From: Anthoceros angustus
Taxonomy: Eukaryota; Plantae; Anthocerotophyta
Reading direction: 5' to 3'
Length of the DNA stretch: 64,000 nt
Assembly: GCA_010909165.1 (NCBI GenBank)
Contig: MU008204.1
Location: 141,810 to 205,809 of the forward strand
In this document: piece by piece, positions 36,101 through 48,589 of the stretch
Position numbering within the stretch: the first letter of the stretch is position 1
How the letters are laid out: each line of letters starts with the position of its first letter
Made by a program: the position numbers and the translations under genes
Notes under the pieces: generated by a model
The model's database searches: none
What the model saw: the letters and a program-made list of their open reading frames with translations, nothing else
What the model was told of the DNA's origin: nothing

Positions 36101-37739
36101 CGGTGGCTAAACCAACCACCGTCGTGGAGCAGAGGCGAGGTGGGGAAGTCACCGCAGGAGTGTCGCGAGATGGAGGGCAGATCCCACGGAGAATCAGCAG
36201 CCGGCCCGAGATTGTCCACGGGAGGAGAGGTAAGGACCTCTGTATCGGAAGGCGTATTGTGCTACGTCCGGATGAGGATGCTCATGTCCACAGCACGCAT
36301 GGTGGCGGGTGCTCACTCTAAGCGTGTATGTGGTTGTTGGGGCGGGAGGCGAAACTCTTGGGTACATCTTGACCGCCACAGGCGTTTACGATGGTTCCTT
36401 GAGTAGGAGGCGGGCGCCTATCCTCCATAAGTGGTCTTTGGAAGAGATGAGCGAGGCGCAGCGAGCATGGAGGAGGAGCACACGGTATGGTTGTCAGCGA
36501 GGAGGCGGGACAATGGACATAGAGGTCACAGGCATAGCGTCCGCGGGAAGGCGCGAGGGAAATTCAGGCGGTGAGGCGAGGTGGAGGTTGTGGGGAAAAT
36601 CGCTCGGATCGGGCGAGGCCGAGGCGAGAGGGTCCCCATGGGCCGTGGGCGGCGGCAATCAGCGGCGCTGATTTTAGAAGTCGCGATAGCCTAGGACCGG
36701 GGTTTCCTTTTTGGAGGAGGATAGGGAGTTCCATCGGTAGTAGGCATTGTTGTAGATTGGTAAGGCGCTCGTGGTAGGAGCTACAATTTTAGACACTAAA
36801 GAAGTGGTGTGTTGGACCACGGCCGGATGTATAAGAGACCCTTTGGGTGTCTCTCAAGGCGACGATTTGGTGTGAACTTCCGTATCGAACCGCCGAGTGG
36901 GGTTGATTGGAGCGTCGGTCGGCATCAAGCGGGTTGGCACCGTCTTCAGTCACAAGAAGGCGGGAAGATCTCTGGATGGTCGAGGCGGGTGGCCAAGCTC
37001 CACGCTGGGGTAGGAAGGTGGCCGTGGCCGAGAAAGAGGTAGGAGTGCCGGAAGATCTGGATGGTCGAGGCGGTGAGGCGAGGCGAGCATGGAGGAGGAG
37101 GCGGGAAGGCGAATCGCCCAAGCAGGGTTTTCTTCTGATCCTCTTTTCCAAGCTGCCACCGGTGTGTTCATTCCATGAGAGAGTGCATGTGGCCCAAGGG
37201 AAAAGGGGTCTGTGTGTGAGGGAAAAGGGGTCTGTGGCCCGTGAGGCGAGGAGAGTTCATTGGGAAGGGAAAGGTTCCGGAGGGATGGTTGTGGTTGGGA
37301 GGGATTGTGAGGCGTGTGAGGGAAAATCGGAAGCGTGGGGAGTGGGCGTGTGGTGGATCGCGAAATTCCAGTAAGGTGAGGCGTATATGGGTGTCCATAG
37401 CCTAGGTCCGTGTTAGAAGTCGGTGTGAATAGACTCATGAGGCGCGGTGGTGGGGCCCGCCACGGTGGCGAACCACCGCTGCGGTGGCCGAGTCTACCAG
37501 TGGTGGGTTTGGGCGGTAGGCTGGAGAAGGTGGGGTAGTGGCGGCGGCGTGAGGCGGTCTAGAATCCATAGATTTAGCACACCTTGACACAACACCATTC
37601 CCTTGGGATCGAATCCTAGGACTATAACGACATAGAGGGTAAATGTGGCCTCTTTGCGTCTTGATGCAAAACCCATTCCACAGACCTCTGGGAAAGGCTG
37701 GCGGCAACCACCGATTTTACTCATTTTTATTTGAAAATA

Positions 37740-39100
37740 CTTATTCCGGAGTGCGCCGATTGACCGGTGTACTCCCGCTCAAGCCATTCCAAATATAAAG
37801 GGGAGCAAAAATCACTTGAAAAAGAAATAACAATTTCCTTATGAGCAATCCACAAACATTTGAGGTGGGTCGGTACATCGGTGTAGACCACATTAGTAGA
37901 AAACAGCCGACTTACATTTGAAAAATACACGCCTCAGAAAACCAATGAAAATGGTACACAGGCGCACCCCTCGATGAATGCACCGGTCATCCGGTGCACA
38001 ACAACTGAAACCTTAAAAAGATATTTGAAATACGGATCTCTTGGTATCTTTTTTATTGTAATCCAACCTCGGACCGGATTTTTGGGTATCTTTTTTTATT
38101 GTAATCTGACCTCGGACCGGATCTCTGGGTATTTTTTTTATTGTAATCCGACCTCAGACGCCCTAGAAACCCTTCAAAAGCGGAAAAGCACCCTTGGATA
38201 AGTGTACGCTACGTGCACAACAAGTCAAATCTTGTCATTTGAAACGCCTCGAAAACCAATGAAAATGGTACACAGGCGCACCTCGATGAATGCACCGGCC
38301 ATTGCACAACAATCAAACCTTAAAAGATATTTGAAATCGGATCTCTTGGTATCTTTTATTGTAATCCAACCTCGGACGGATTTTGGGTATCTTTTATTGT
38401 AATCTGACCTCGGACCGGATCTCTGGGTATTTTTTTTATTGTAATCCGACCTCAGACGCCCTAGAAACCCTTCAAAAACGGAAGAAAAGCACCCTTGGAT
38501 AAGTGTACCGCTCGACCGGTGCACAACAAGTCAAATCTTGTCATTTGAAACGCCTCTGAAATGTAAATCTTTGAGTGCCTTTTTTATTGTAATCTGACCT
38601 CGAACGCTTGAGAAAACCTCTAAAAACGGTAAACGGGCTCACCCTTAGATGAATATGCCGGTCGACCGGCGCACAGCTAGTCAAATTGTGTAAAAAATAT
38701 CTCATATGAAAGTGCTTTGAAATGCAAATTTTTGGATGGTCTTTTTGGTGTAATCCAACCTCAAATGCATGAGAAAACCTTAAAAAACAAGAAACAGGCG
38801 CACTGCCGACCAGTGCATAGCAAGTCAAATTTTATGAAAAATATCTTTTTTGAAAGGCCTTTACAATGCGGATCTTCGAGTGTCTTTCTCCTTTAATCCA
38901 ACCTTGGATATTTTCATTTAATCCAATTACATTTTCCTTATGTGCACCTGGGTCTTATAAAATGCGCTTGAAGTGCGCTAGTATACCAGCGCACTCCGAA
39001 TGCATTTGTGTGGTTGTTAAGATAAGTTCCCAAACCTTCATTGGAGCCGGTCGACAAGCACACTTCTGGCAGTAGTGCGCCGGTCAACCGATGCACTCTT
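37740..39100. repeat. Nested tandem array: about 310-bp units with 38-bp subrepeats and a recurrent 22-bp GC palindrome
   Basis: acgcctc.gaaa at about 37929, 38244 and 38550. ggatctc.tggtatcttttttattgtaatc..acctcggacc occurs three times per unit. Variants of GTGCGCCGGTCGACCGGCGCAC at about 37751, 37978, 38502, 38654 and 39074. Confidence 0.85.
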
Positions 39101-41594
39101 GTACGATGAGCCATGTAGCAGCCCATTATGTAGGTTAAGACCTTACAATCGGGGAAAAACATATATCGCATGTATGATCGACAAGCACTCGGATACGGAT
39201 GCGCTTGTCGAGTGGGTCATCCGCATCTGAGTTTGGGGTGAAAAGGGCCCGACAGTGTGGAGTCATCCCCATGGACTTGCGGAAATAAACATTATGTAAG
39301 ATTCTGAATGTAAGACTTTTTTCCAAACAAATATATAAATGTCTGATATCAGCAAAAAAATATACATTCGAAATATTCCTCCGCTCCATTTCGGCGGGAC
39401 AACACTAGATAGGATTAAACGGAAGCAATATTTGTGACCACATTTGGATAAAATATAATATTGGCTTTTGAGGTGTTAGGTCACTCACATGCCGATGTGG
39501 TATTCCCCTTGTTGTCTGGGTTTCCATCGAAAGATGTGGAAATGCGTCTGAATTCTGCAATGTTTATGGACGATGATGTCGAATGGACGACACTCCGAGA
39601 GCCTAATCCCAGCATTTCAGTGCAATTTTTTCGTGATATGAGAATTCACTAATATGGAGAGGGGAAGATTCACTGTAGTTTTTCTGGCAGCCTTTTTTAG
39701 CGGAATCCGCCGTTTTTGCGCAGACGGTGTCTTAGACACCGAGCTAGACGTAGCTGAAGTTGAAGCTGATACCCAGATCTTGCAGTCAAAAGCAAAGAGA
39801 GGAGTAACGAAGAAGCCAGAAGGCTGACTGCAATGCACAACTACTCAAGGAGCTTTCAGAGCTGAGAAGTGAGAAGTGTAGCTAAGCCAAGCACACAATG
39901 GGCTATTGTCTCAAACTCTGTTGTTACTGTGGAGGGAGTGGGCGTCTGAAGTGGGGTTGTGTGAAGGTACCATCACACAAGCTGGCTGAAGAGCAGCCGC
40001 TGGGGACAGTGAAGTGAAATTCTAACTAGATAAGTTACAAGAAGAGAATCATCTTCGGACTCCTACAGACAATGGAGCCTCGGCATAGAGAAGATCGATG
40101 GTATAGCTTGGAATGGTGTTGGTGAGATCCCAACTGCTGAAGGACAGGTGACTACTTTGATAGAGAAGCGTACAAGAGAGATGGAGAAGTAGGAACAAGG
40201 AATCTAGATCTACAAGGTGTTCTAGGTTTGCTAAACGAACTGCTGATGAGCAGGTTGATGTTTGGTAAAAGGGATGTATTCTATGCATACATGATGATAG
40301 AGTACTACATGGGGAAAGATGGCACAAGTGTAGAAATCATAACGCTTGCCTTGTGCAAAACCTCACATGTGGACCAGAATTTGGTGCAATTATGGCAGCT
40401 CAAGTCTGTAAGGTTGGCACAAATGCTATGGCTGTAAAACTATGTAGGCGACAAGAGCTCACAAGTGATATAACATCCTTCCTTGGTCAACAAGTTTGGA
40501 ACGTTTACAGTGCATCCCTTCCACAAAGAGTTGTGAGGAATACAATGAGAACTTTGTTGGTGAGAAGACGTGCACACATGTGAAGGAGGGAAGGTACATA
40601 GATGTGGGCTCGTGACAGGAGGGCCCACATCTCCGCGGCCTTCCCCAGACAACTATTATATTTGCGAACGCTAAGAACTCTCTTTGCATTTGGTCCTTGT
40701 GTATGGAGAGGATTTTCTCGTACCGAGAAAAAATATGACTTAACAATGGCTACTTCAATGGAGGATCAAAGTGTAGCTCCTTTGGCAATATCACAGCACT
40801 GCTACCACTATTGTATGAGACACAAGGATGTTAGGACCCCTATAATACCACTATAGTATGAGACACAAGGATGTCTTAGGACCCCTACGGACTGACCGTT
40901 CGAAATGTGGTGCATGTAGCTCATTTGCAAACTGCTTGAAGAATCCTTAGTTGAAATACAAATCGAAACTAATTTGAAATAGTATGATGAACAAGCGTCC
41001 TCAAAATTGCATTTGCCAATACCCTATGCCACCGATAGAAACACGTTGCCGGTCCGGAGGAACAAAGCCATTACATATGATAGGAGAGACGTCTTTAGTA
41101 CAACGAGGAGATGTCTTTAGTCCAACTTTGATGAACCTCGAAGAATCGTTGCCCATGGCCCCATGAGTCGCGAGGGGAATGAAAGCATGCCTTGCCACTT
41201 GGGAGTGTCCTTGAGGACCTTGCCGTTGCGCATGTCTCCGGAACAGGTAAAAAGGAAAGCCAAAGTCTCGAATCGAGATCCATTGTGATTCTGGGGTTAA
41301 AAGGCCTGGCATTGCCATTAGCAACACGCGCTTCCTGACTGTCCTCGAGCCGAGCCTGCCAAACTTGTCCCGAGCCACTGGCCTCTCTGCCTACGGGGAA
41401 TTGTTTTTCTCTCTGGAAATTTTGTAATGGCGGCAAGGCGATAAATGCGATGCTGAACTTGCTTCGTCCCTGGGGTGATCGAGAGCTTGCCATTATCTCA
41501 TCCGAGGAGCGGCAGTGTGATTGAGTGATTTACTACATACGACGGAATCGGGATTGAATTTCGCTGCGTTTGACATCTGTATCGCGGTGCAGTC

Positions 41595-41789
41595 ACTGAG
41601 TTTTGAGCGGGGGTTGGTGATCTATGGAGACTCTCCTTCTTGCTGCCTCCTTTCCAGTCTATCTTCAAGCTCAGGTGTCGCGATTGCTTCAAGCGGTTCT
41701 TTGTGCAGAGGGGACGGTCTTGTCATGAGGAGGACACTCAGCTGGTTTTTTGTTTGCAGGTACTTCAATTCCGTCAGACTGAGTTTTGA
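41595..41789 (+). promoter_or_regulatory. Duplicated MER3 5'UTR-exon1-intron1, forming a candidate uORF
   Basis: 41595-41777 duplicates 41778-41990 with a 29-nt deletion in exon 1. ATG at 41624, donor at 41675, acceptor at 41759, stop TGA at 41787-41789, upstream of the true ATG at 41807. Confidence 0.75.
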
Positions 41790-41806
41790 GCGGGGGCTGG
41801 TGATCT

Positions 41807-44800
41807 ATGGAGACCTGCCACGATCCTGATGCGTTGAAAGCAGTCTCCTTCTTGCCGCCTCCTTTCCAGACTATCTTTAAATTCAGGTGTTGAGATTGCT
41901 TCAAGCGGTTCTTTGTGCAGAGGGGACGGTCTTGAAGTCATGAGGAGGACGCTCAGCTGGTTTTTGTTTGCAGATACTTCAATCCCGTTCAGAGTGAGAG
42001 CTTTGCGGAAACTTTTCTGTCTGATGTAAACATGGTCGTATCAGCACCTACTGGAAGCGGCAAGACCGTCCTGTTCGAGCTTTGTATTCTACGGCTTCTT
42101 AGCCGAAACCTTACGTCCGATGGGAGATACATTCACGTACCGGGAGCTTTGAAAATGGTAGAAAGCGTCCTCTTTTGGCTTTGTCTCCCTACGCAGTAGT
42201 GCGCTAATTTCAGGTGGTCAGCAAATGTCGTTCGTTGTCGTATGCCAGGTGTACATTGCCCCCTTGAAGGCTCTCGTACAGGAAAAGGCCAGAGACTGGG
42301 GACAACGGTTTGGCGGGAATTTGGGGCTGAAATGTCTGGAGCTCACAGGAGATAGTGACGTCTCCAGCATCAAGGATATGCAAGAGACTGACATATTCTT
42401 GACTACCCCGGAAGTGAGCAGCGAGATTATGATCAGGAGCCGGTTCTTGAAATTCCAGTGCGCATCCTGACACTTGCAGAAACGTGGAACTGCAGAAGTT
42501 TGACTCCATCACCCGTCGCCATCGAGATCACGGTGTCCTGAGTTTCTTTGGAGACATTGCTCTGCTTCTACTGGACGAAGTCCACCTGCTGAGTGATCCA
42601 CGTGGAGCAGCTCTGGAGGCTGTAGTCAGCAGGATGAAGATGCTTGCTCGTTACCCTGAGCTAAAAGGGTGCCCGCTTGCTGCCATACGGATGGTTGCTG
42701 TTTCGGCAACAATTCCTAACATCGAGGATCTTGGTACAAGGGCTGCCTATCTACTTTTCCTTCTACTTCGCACAGGGCTTACCCAGCCTGTCTATCACTT
42801 AGAGTGCCCGAGTCATGACTGTTGTATGCTCTTCGTCATTGCAGCTGACTGGCTACAAGCTCCCAAGCAAGGATTGAAGAGGTAACTCCAAGCACATAGG
42901 GCCTCTACAAGTAGTCCTGCTCTGTCCTCCTTTTCAATGTGCCATGATGTTGATCTGGATGGTTCAGGTTTGGGGAGGAAACACGGCCTGTAAAGTTGAC
43001 CACAAAAGTTTATGGTATACATTCTAGTATAAGGACGATAGTCCGCTGTGTTCCCTAGTTCGGAGGTAACTGGAGGGAGAGAGTGTACTTACTGGTTTGA
43101 CGAACATGTCTATATGACAAGCCGTTGTTTGCAGGTTATTCTTCAGCGAAGAATGATTTTCTTTTTGAAAGAGTAAGCTTCTGTTGGAATCCTTCCCGCT
43201 GAATTTCAGATATCCGGAGTCGATCACTCTGTGACGCCAACCTTCGCATATTCTTGCATGTCCCTTTCTGAGTTTCAGAGACTACAAGGCGTCCTCTTCG
43301 GTAAGCGAATCACATCGATCTTTTGTTGTCAACAATGTTATGAGGTGGTTACTGTGGTTTCCTAACTCTCGTCATCACTCTATGCAGAAACGGTGATTCA
43401 GCATAACCAAGGAAAGCCAACTCTAGTGTTCTGCTCCACAAGAAAAGGAGCTCAGGAGGCTGCTGTAACACTCGCAGATGCAGTGTCCAAACCTGGATTT
43501 AGGAACCCTTTCATCAGATCGCAAGAACAGCTCGATAGGTTGCAAGCAGCTGCTTCGGCTTCTCAAGACAAACAAATGCAAGCATGCATAAGATGCGGAG
43601 GTAGGCATTGCCTCCAAAGTCCTTTTCGTGCTGTCTTTCCCTTACTCTCGGTGTTGAAAGTAAGGACCCTTTTGTACGGCAAACAGTTGGAATTCACAAT
43701 GGTGGACTAGGGTTGACGGAGAGGAATCTAGTTGAAGGTCTATTTTCTAAGGGCGATTTGCAAGTCCTCTGCACAACAAACACCCTAGCACAAGGAGTAA
43801 ATCTGCCAGCTCACCTTGTGATCATCAAGTCCACACAGTACTAGTAAGCTGTGACCCAACTGTTGAAACTAAGATTGGCTGTGAGGGCCAAGAAGTGTAC
43901 CAGGCATCATAACATCATTCAGGTGGACATCAGAGCTAAGTTGTCGAGTCGTGTGCCAGTAACAAAGATAAAGGAGGTTATGTGGAATACGAGCGATCGA
44001 CAGTTGCACAGGTGCTGGTTTCAGGACAAAAGTTTGCTTTTGGGGTGCATTTCTAGTTTCATCGAAGGTAAATCTCCTTTTCTCTCTAGATGTGTGGACG
44101 AGCTGGACGACCTCAATTTGGCGACAGTGGTGCCATCGTCGTCATGACTCGAAAGGAAACAGTGAGTCGCTGTCGTGAGTGCTCATCGTTCACTGCTTGT
44201 ACGCATGCCTGGGCCTGTGCGTCGAAAGTTATCCGAATCAGAAATAGATAATTAGAGGACCCGTTTCGCAGGCAGGCACATATCGTCGGACATCTTATCT
44301 GGTCTGTCATGTGTAGGTTCACCTGTATGAAAACATCCTCGCCGGCACAGAGGCCGTGGAATCACAGTGAGCTTTTCATTTACCATTGATCAGTGCTTTT
44401 CCTGGCGTTTGCTCGCAATGATATCACAAGATAGAGAAGATGAAGAGACACTGCAGCCAGGCAACAGCTAAGCTAATCATGAAGTGTTCTAGGTTGCTAT
44501 CATCCATAGCAGAACATCTCAACGCTGAAATCGTACTGATGACGGTAACTGATGTCAGTCTGGCTATAGATTGGCTAAAATGCTCATTCCTGTACGTCCG
44601 CCTGAAAAAGGTAAACTCCCCACTAGCCCTTGCAGCAATACGAGGGAGGCAGAAATGCTTTTGTTCATTCTGATGGACGCTTGGTATCTCTCTCTTGCCG
44701 CCTTGTTTTGTCGTTATGGTCTCTGTTGAATCTGCACCTTTAGAATCCTCGGCATTACGAAATCCAAGTGGGTCTCTCAGAGGAACAGCTGGAAAATTAT

Positions 44801-47800
44801 TTGAAAGGTGAGAATTGGAGGAAGCTGTTACCCAGACTGTTTAGTAAGTACTGTACCTTGCTATTGCTGACTTGGTTGCCAGTACGTGCAGAGATGTGCC
44901 TTAAGAATATCAATGCCTTAGCCAAATACGGAATGATACACACGGATGAGTACGGCTACGTTCTCAATCCTCTAGGTTCGTGTTTCCAGATTTTCAAGTA
45001 TGTAGTTGTAGTGCGGAGGGTGCGTATGCCCGATGAGCAGGTAACCCGTCAGTTGTTAGCCTGAAATCTTGTGAGGATGCAGGACCTGGAAGACTGATGA
45101 CCAAATTTTACTTGAAATTCGCCACGATGAAGACCATTGTGGACACTCCACACGGAAGCTCGATGGCGGACCTTCTACGCGTCCTGGCCAAGGCCGAGGA
45201 ACTGTCATGTATGTCCAAATGTGCCACAGTCTTGCGTCTCGTTGGCAAAAGTACGCTTGGCTCCTAGGAAAACAGACGGGGGCTGTCAGGAACCCCCCAG
45301 GTCACTGATGTTTGTTAATGTTTTACATTTGGCACTAGTTCATGTCCAATCGGTTGCGTTTGATTTACTTTCATCTATGTGAGGCCTTCGCTTATCTAGT
45401 CTACTGACCTATGTTTCTGACACCAGGGATCAAATTACGCCGCCATGAAAAGAAGCTTTTGAACTCCATCAACGCGGACACTAGCGGAAGGATAAAGTTT
45501 CATGTAGTGGGTCCTAATGGCAAGGTTAAAAAACGGATTCAGTCGGATGCTGAGAAAATTTTCGTTCTCACAAATGATGCCCTGACTGGAGATCCTGTAG
45601 TCCAAGATTTCACGATGAGCCAGGTTCTTTCCCATCGCTTCATCAGGAGGGATAGCCATGCAGACTGCCTGAATATGTGTCGGATCTGATACGTTGGCAC
45701 GTTTCAGGATGTGAATGGAATATGCTCGAATGGATCAAGAATTGTTCGCTGTATGAGCGAGTATTTCAAGCTGAAAAAGAGATTTAAAGAGACCGTCAGT
45801 TCACTCAAACTTACGAAATGCCTACACCAAAAGCTCTGGGAAGGCAGCCAATACCAGCTGCGGCAATTACATGGAATTGGTGTTGTCACAGCCAAGGTTT
45901 GGGTTTTGTTCCAAGCTTCAGCTTCATACTCCGTTAACATCAGAGCAACCGTTGTTGAACGGTTGCTCTGATGTTTAAGTGGTGTGCAGGCTCTTGTGAA
46001 TGCAGGTATCGACTCTTTTGAGAAATTTGCTGAAGCTGATCCACGACGGATTGAAGCTTTAACTGGTCGAAAGTTTCCATTTGGCAATCAAATAAAAGAG
46101 TCTCTCGATGGGTTGCCTCCCAAAATTGCAATGAGGATGGAAATCTTAAGCCAGTGCATGAGGACTGGAAAGGGGAAGACTGAGGTGAAAGTTTCTCTCA
46201 CTCGTGAATCACAGTGCTCCTCCTCCAAGCGTCACTTTGCCGATTTGGTAAACTCGACTCCTCCTGTGAGATGTCAGCGCTATGAGTGTGAAATGAGTGT
46301 CCTATGCTTCGATTACGGTAGACTACTATGGCTAGATATTTGTTTGAAGTAAAGCTTTGCCTTCACTGGCAGATCATAGGAAGCGAGCAAGACAACAAAA
46401 TTCTGTTCAATGAGAAGATCAGGTATACCCACATGCATGACCTAGGTTCAGATGCCAGAACTGTGTTGGATTGAGAAACGCACACTGTGACTGTCGTTAC
46501 CGAGAATTTCCTGACTAGTCTGAGCTTGTTGTCACAGGCTTGAACAGTTCCCGAGGTACCCCATCGGCTGAGCTGGACATTATGCTTCCATAAGTTTCAA
46601 GCATGGATACCAGATACATCCTGACAGATACTAGTCTTGCCCGATGGTTATTTTGCTCCACATGACCTGCAGCCCATATGTGACCACAATAAACAAGCTG
46701 AGAAATGAGCTGGGCATACTCACTGAGCTGAGTGCAGCGGTTATATCAGAGGAATATGGTATCCTTCTTGACTGGCCCTTCCGCACTGAAACTGATTTGC
46801 AACTGTTCGAGAATCTGACCAGAAGTGTCGAAGAGCAGTTGGTGTTGACGTGGTCGACAAGCTCATCTTAGCAAACCAAGAGAGCAGAATGAATGGACAA
46901 CCTGGGCAAGTTATAGAAACACGAAAGTCTTCTTCAAAGACCAAAGACAAAACAGCTGACTTGTCCTCATGCAAGAGTTTGACTGCTAAGCCTAGTGTCT
47001 CGTTTGCGGAAGAGTTGCGGCAAGAAAATGGTTGCGACGAACTAAATCCTCTGGCCATACCAGAACCAAACCTGGAAGATGGGGTGACAGTTACAGCAGC
47101 TGAGTAAGAGTTTCATCCAACTTGTGCCTCTAGGCTGTACCCTCGTTACATTAGTCTTTCGGAGAAACTGGTCCAACATGATTTAGAAGCTCGTTGTTGC
47201 ACTTTTTGGATTGCAGATCTGCATGCAGTCAGCAGCCTCAAGATGGAGAGACAAGCAGGGGCAAGTTTGCTTACATGGGCTGGCTGGTGCAATCTGCAAA
47301 ATATCCTCAAGCCGTTGGGGTTTTCCAGCTTACAACAAGCCTTTTTGGATGCAGATGAGGAGGAACTCATTGCCACCGACTTTTCACAATCCAGGGCTCG
47401 GCCAATTGCAGCCGGTGGAGACTCGATCTTTGACCACATACGAAAGAAAGCAAAGACATTCCAGCCCAATTCTGGTCTCTCCTATCGAGCTGGTATCGGT
47501 GGTACTGAGAGTGCATCAACTCGGCAAGTCTTACAGAGCCCCACAGTCATTCCACAAGAAAGACGCTGTGCTTTGTCAGCCACAAGATCCGACGCCAGTC
47601 ACGGGGCTTCACCCGAAGCTAATCCAGCGGCGGAATCAGCATCCAAATGTGCCAGTAAGGCCAGCGCACCGGTACTGGTCCAGGGGCCAACAGGAGTGGC
47701 ATCTGAATGGCACAGCCTGCAAAGAACGGAGCAGACATGCGGAAGAGCCGCACAGGGACCAGCCTCCTCTACAACTGGGCCTTCAGATGCCAACCAGTGG

Positions 47801-48172
47801 GCTCCAAGCTACATCGATGAGGATGAGGAATTGGACGCCTATGCTCTCAACTACAGAAGTCCACCCAGGTCGCCCCGCAATGATGCAGCCTCAAGAGTTC
47901 CTAGCGACGGCAGGAACGAGCCAACAGTCGCACAGCCGGTAGCCAGCTTCAGCAGCTGCCAGCAACACGATCCTCAGACGTACGTGCTGCTAACTTCTCA
48001 ATATCCTCTGGCCTGCCTGTGTATGTGCGCAACCACTCACCAGGTGGCAACGCACAATGTGGCGCGCAGGTGCGCGGAGGTCCCGGGACCCGACCTGGCT
48101 CGACTTCCGGCGTGGGACATGAGAGGAACCCTGGTAGACGGACTCAGCATTTTCGCCCTCCTTTGTCGGTGA
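41807..48172 (+). CDS. MER3: Meiotic DExH-box DNA helicase MER3/HFM1 (ROCK-N-ROLLERS), many short introns
   Basis: METCHDPDALKAVSFLPPPFQTIFKFR|YFNPVQSE..VVSAPTGSGKTVLFELCILRL; DEVHLLSDPRGAALEAVVSR; VSATIPNIEDL; LVFCSTRKGAQEAA; HNGGL...CTTNTLAQGVNLPAH; MCGRAGRPQF; Sec63-region QLRQLHGIGVVTAK; C-terminal SIFDHIRKKAKTF. The last exon boundary is less certain. Confidence 0.95.
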
Positions 48173-48589
48173 CGGTTTCCCCAGTACCCTGGAACTACCC
48201 TACCCTACCCTGCCCTACCCGCCAGAGTGGTCTCGGCCCTGCTGTCGTCCTGACCTGCTGACGGAGGACGCGTAGCCAGATGCGCCCAATCCACATCGAG
48301 TGGCCTGGGGGCCCGCCAGCGTGGCCTCCACGCCGGCGAAACCTGCCCTTGTTGAACGCAAAGGTGGCGAAAGTGGATCTCCGATCCCCTTCATCCTACA
48401 AAGTTAGTCGGACAAGGCCGGGCGGTCGAGGTGGCTGCACGGCAGCCGCATACACATGGTTCAGGATGCATTTGCATCTAGGCAAAGCCGAATCCGAAAT
48501 CCGGTTCTCTCCCGCCCCGTCCCCCCCTGGAGGCCCTCGTCCCCGAATTCAAGCATGTCAATCCGTGAGGTGGAGAAGTGAAGGCAGGC

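Noticed and set aside
35000-37440. Many overlapping GC-rich ORFs as host genes
   Set aside because: They are mutually overlapping Arg/Gly-rich frames in an indel-rich retroelement-like region with no coherent product.
39840-40660. Coding-like relic upstream of MER3
   Set aside because: Stop-interrupted frames with no motif I can assign; likely TE debris.
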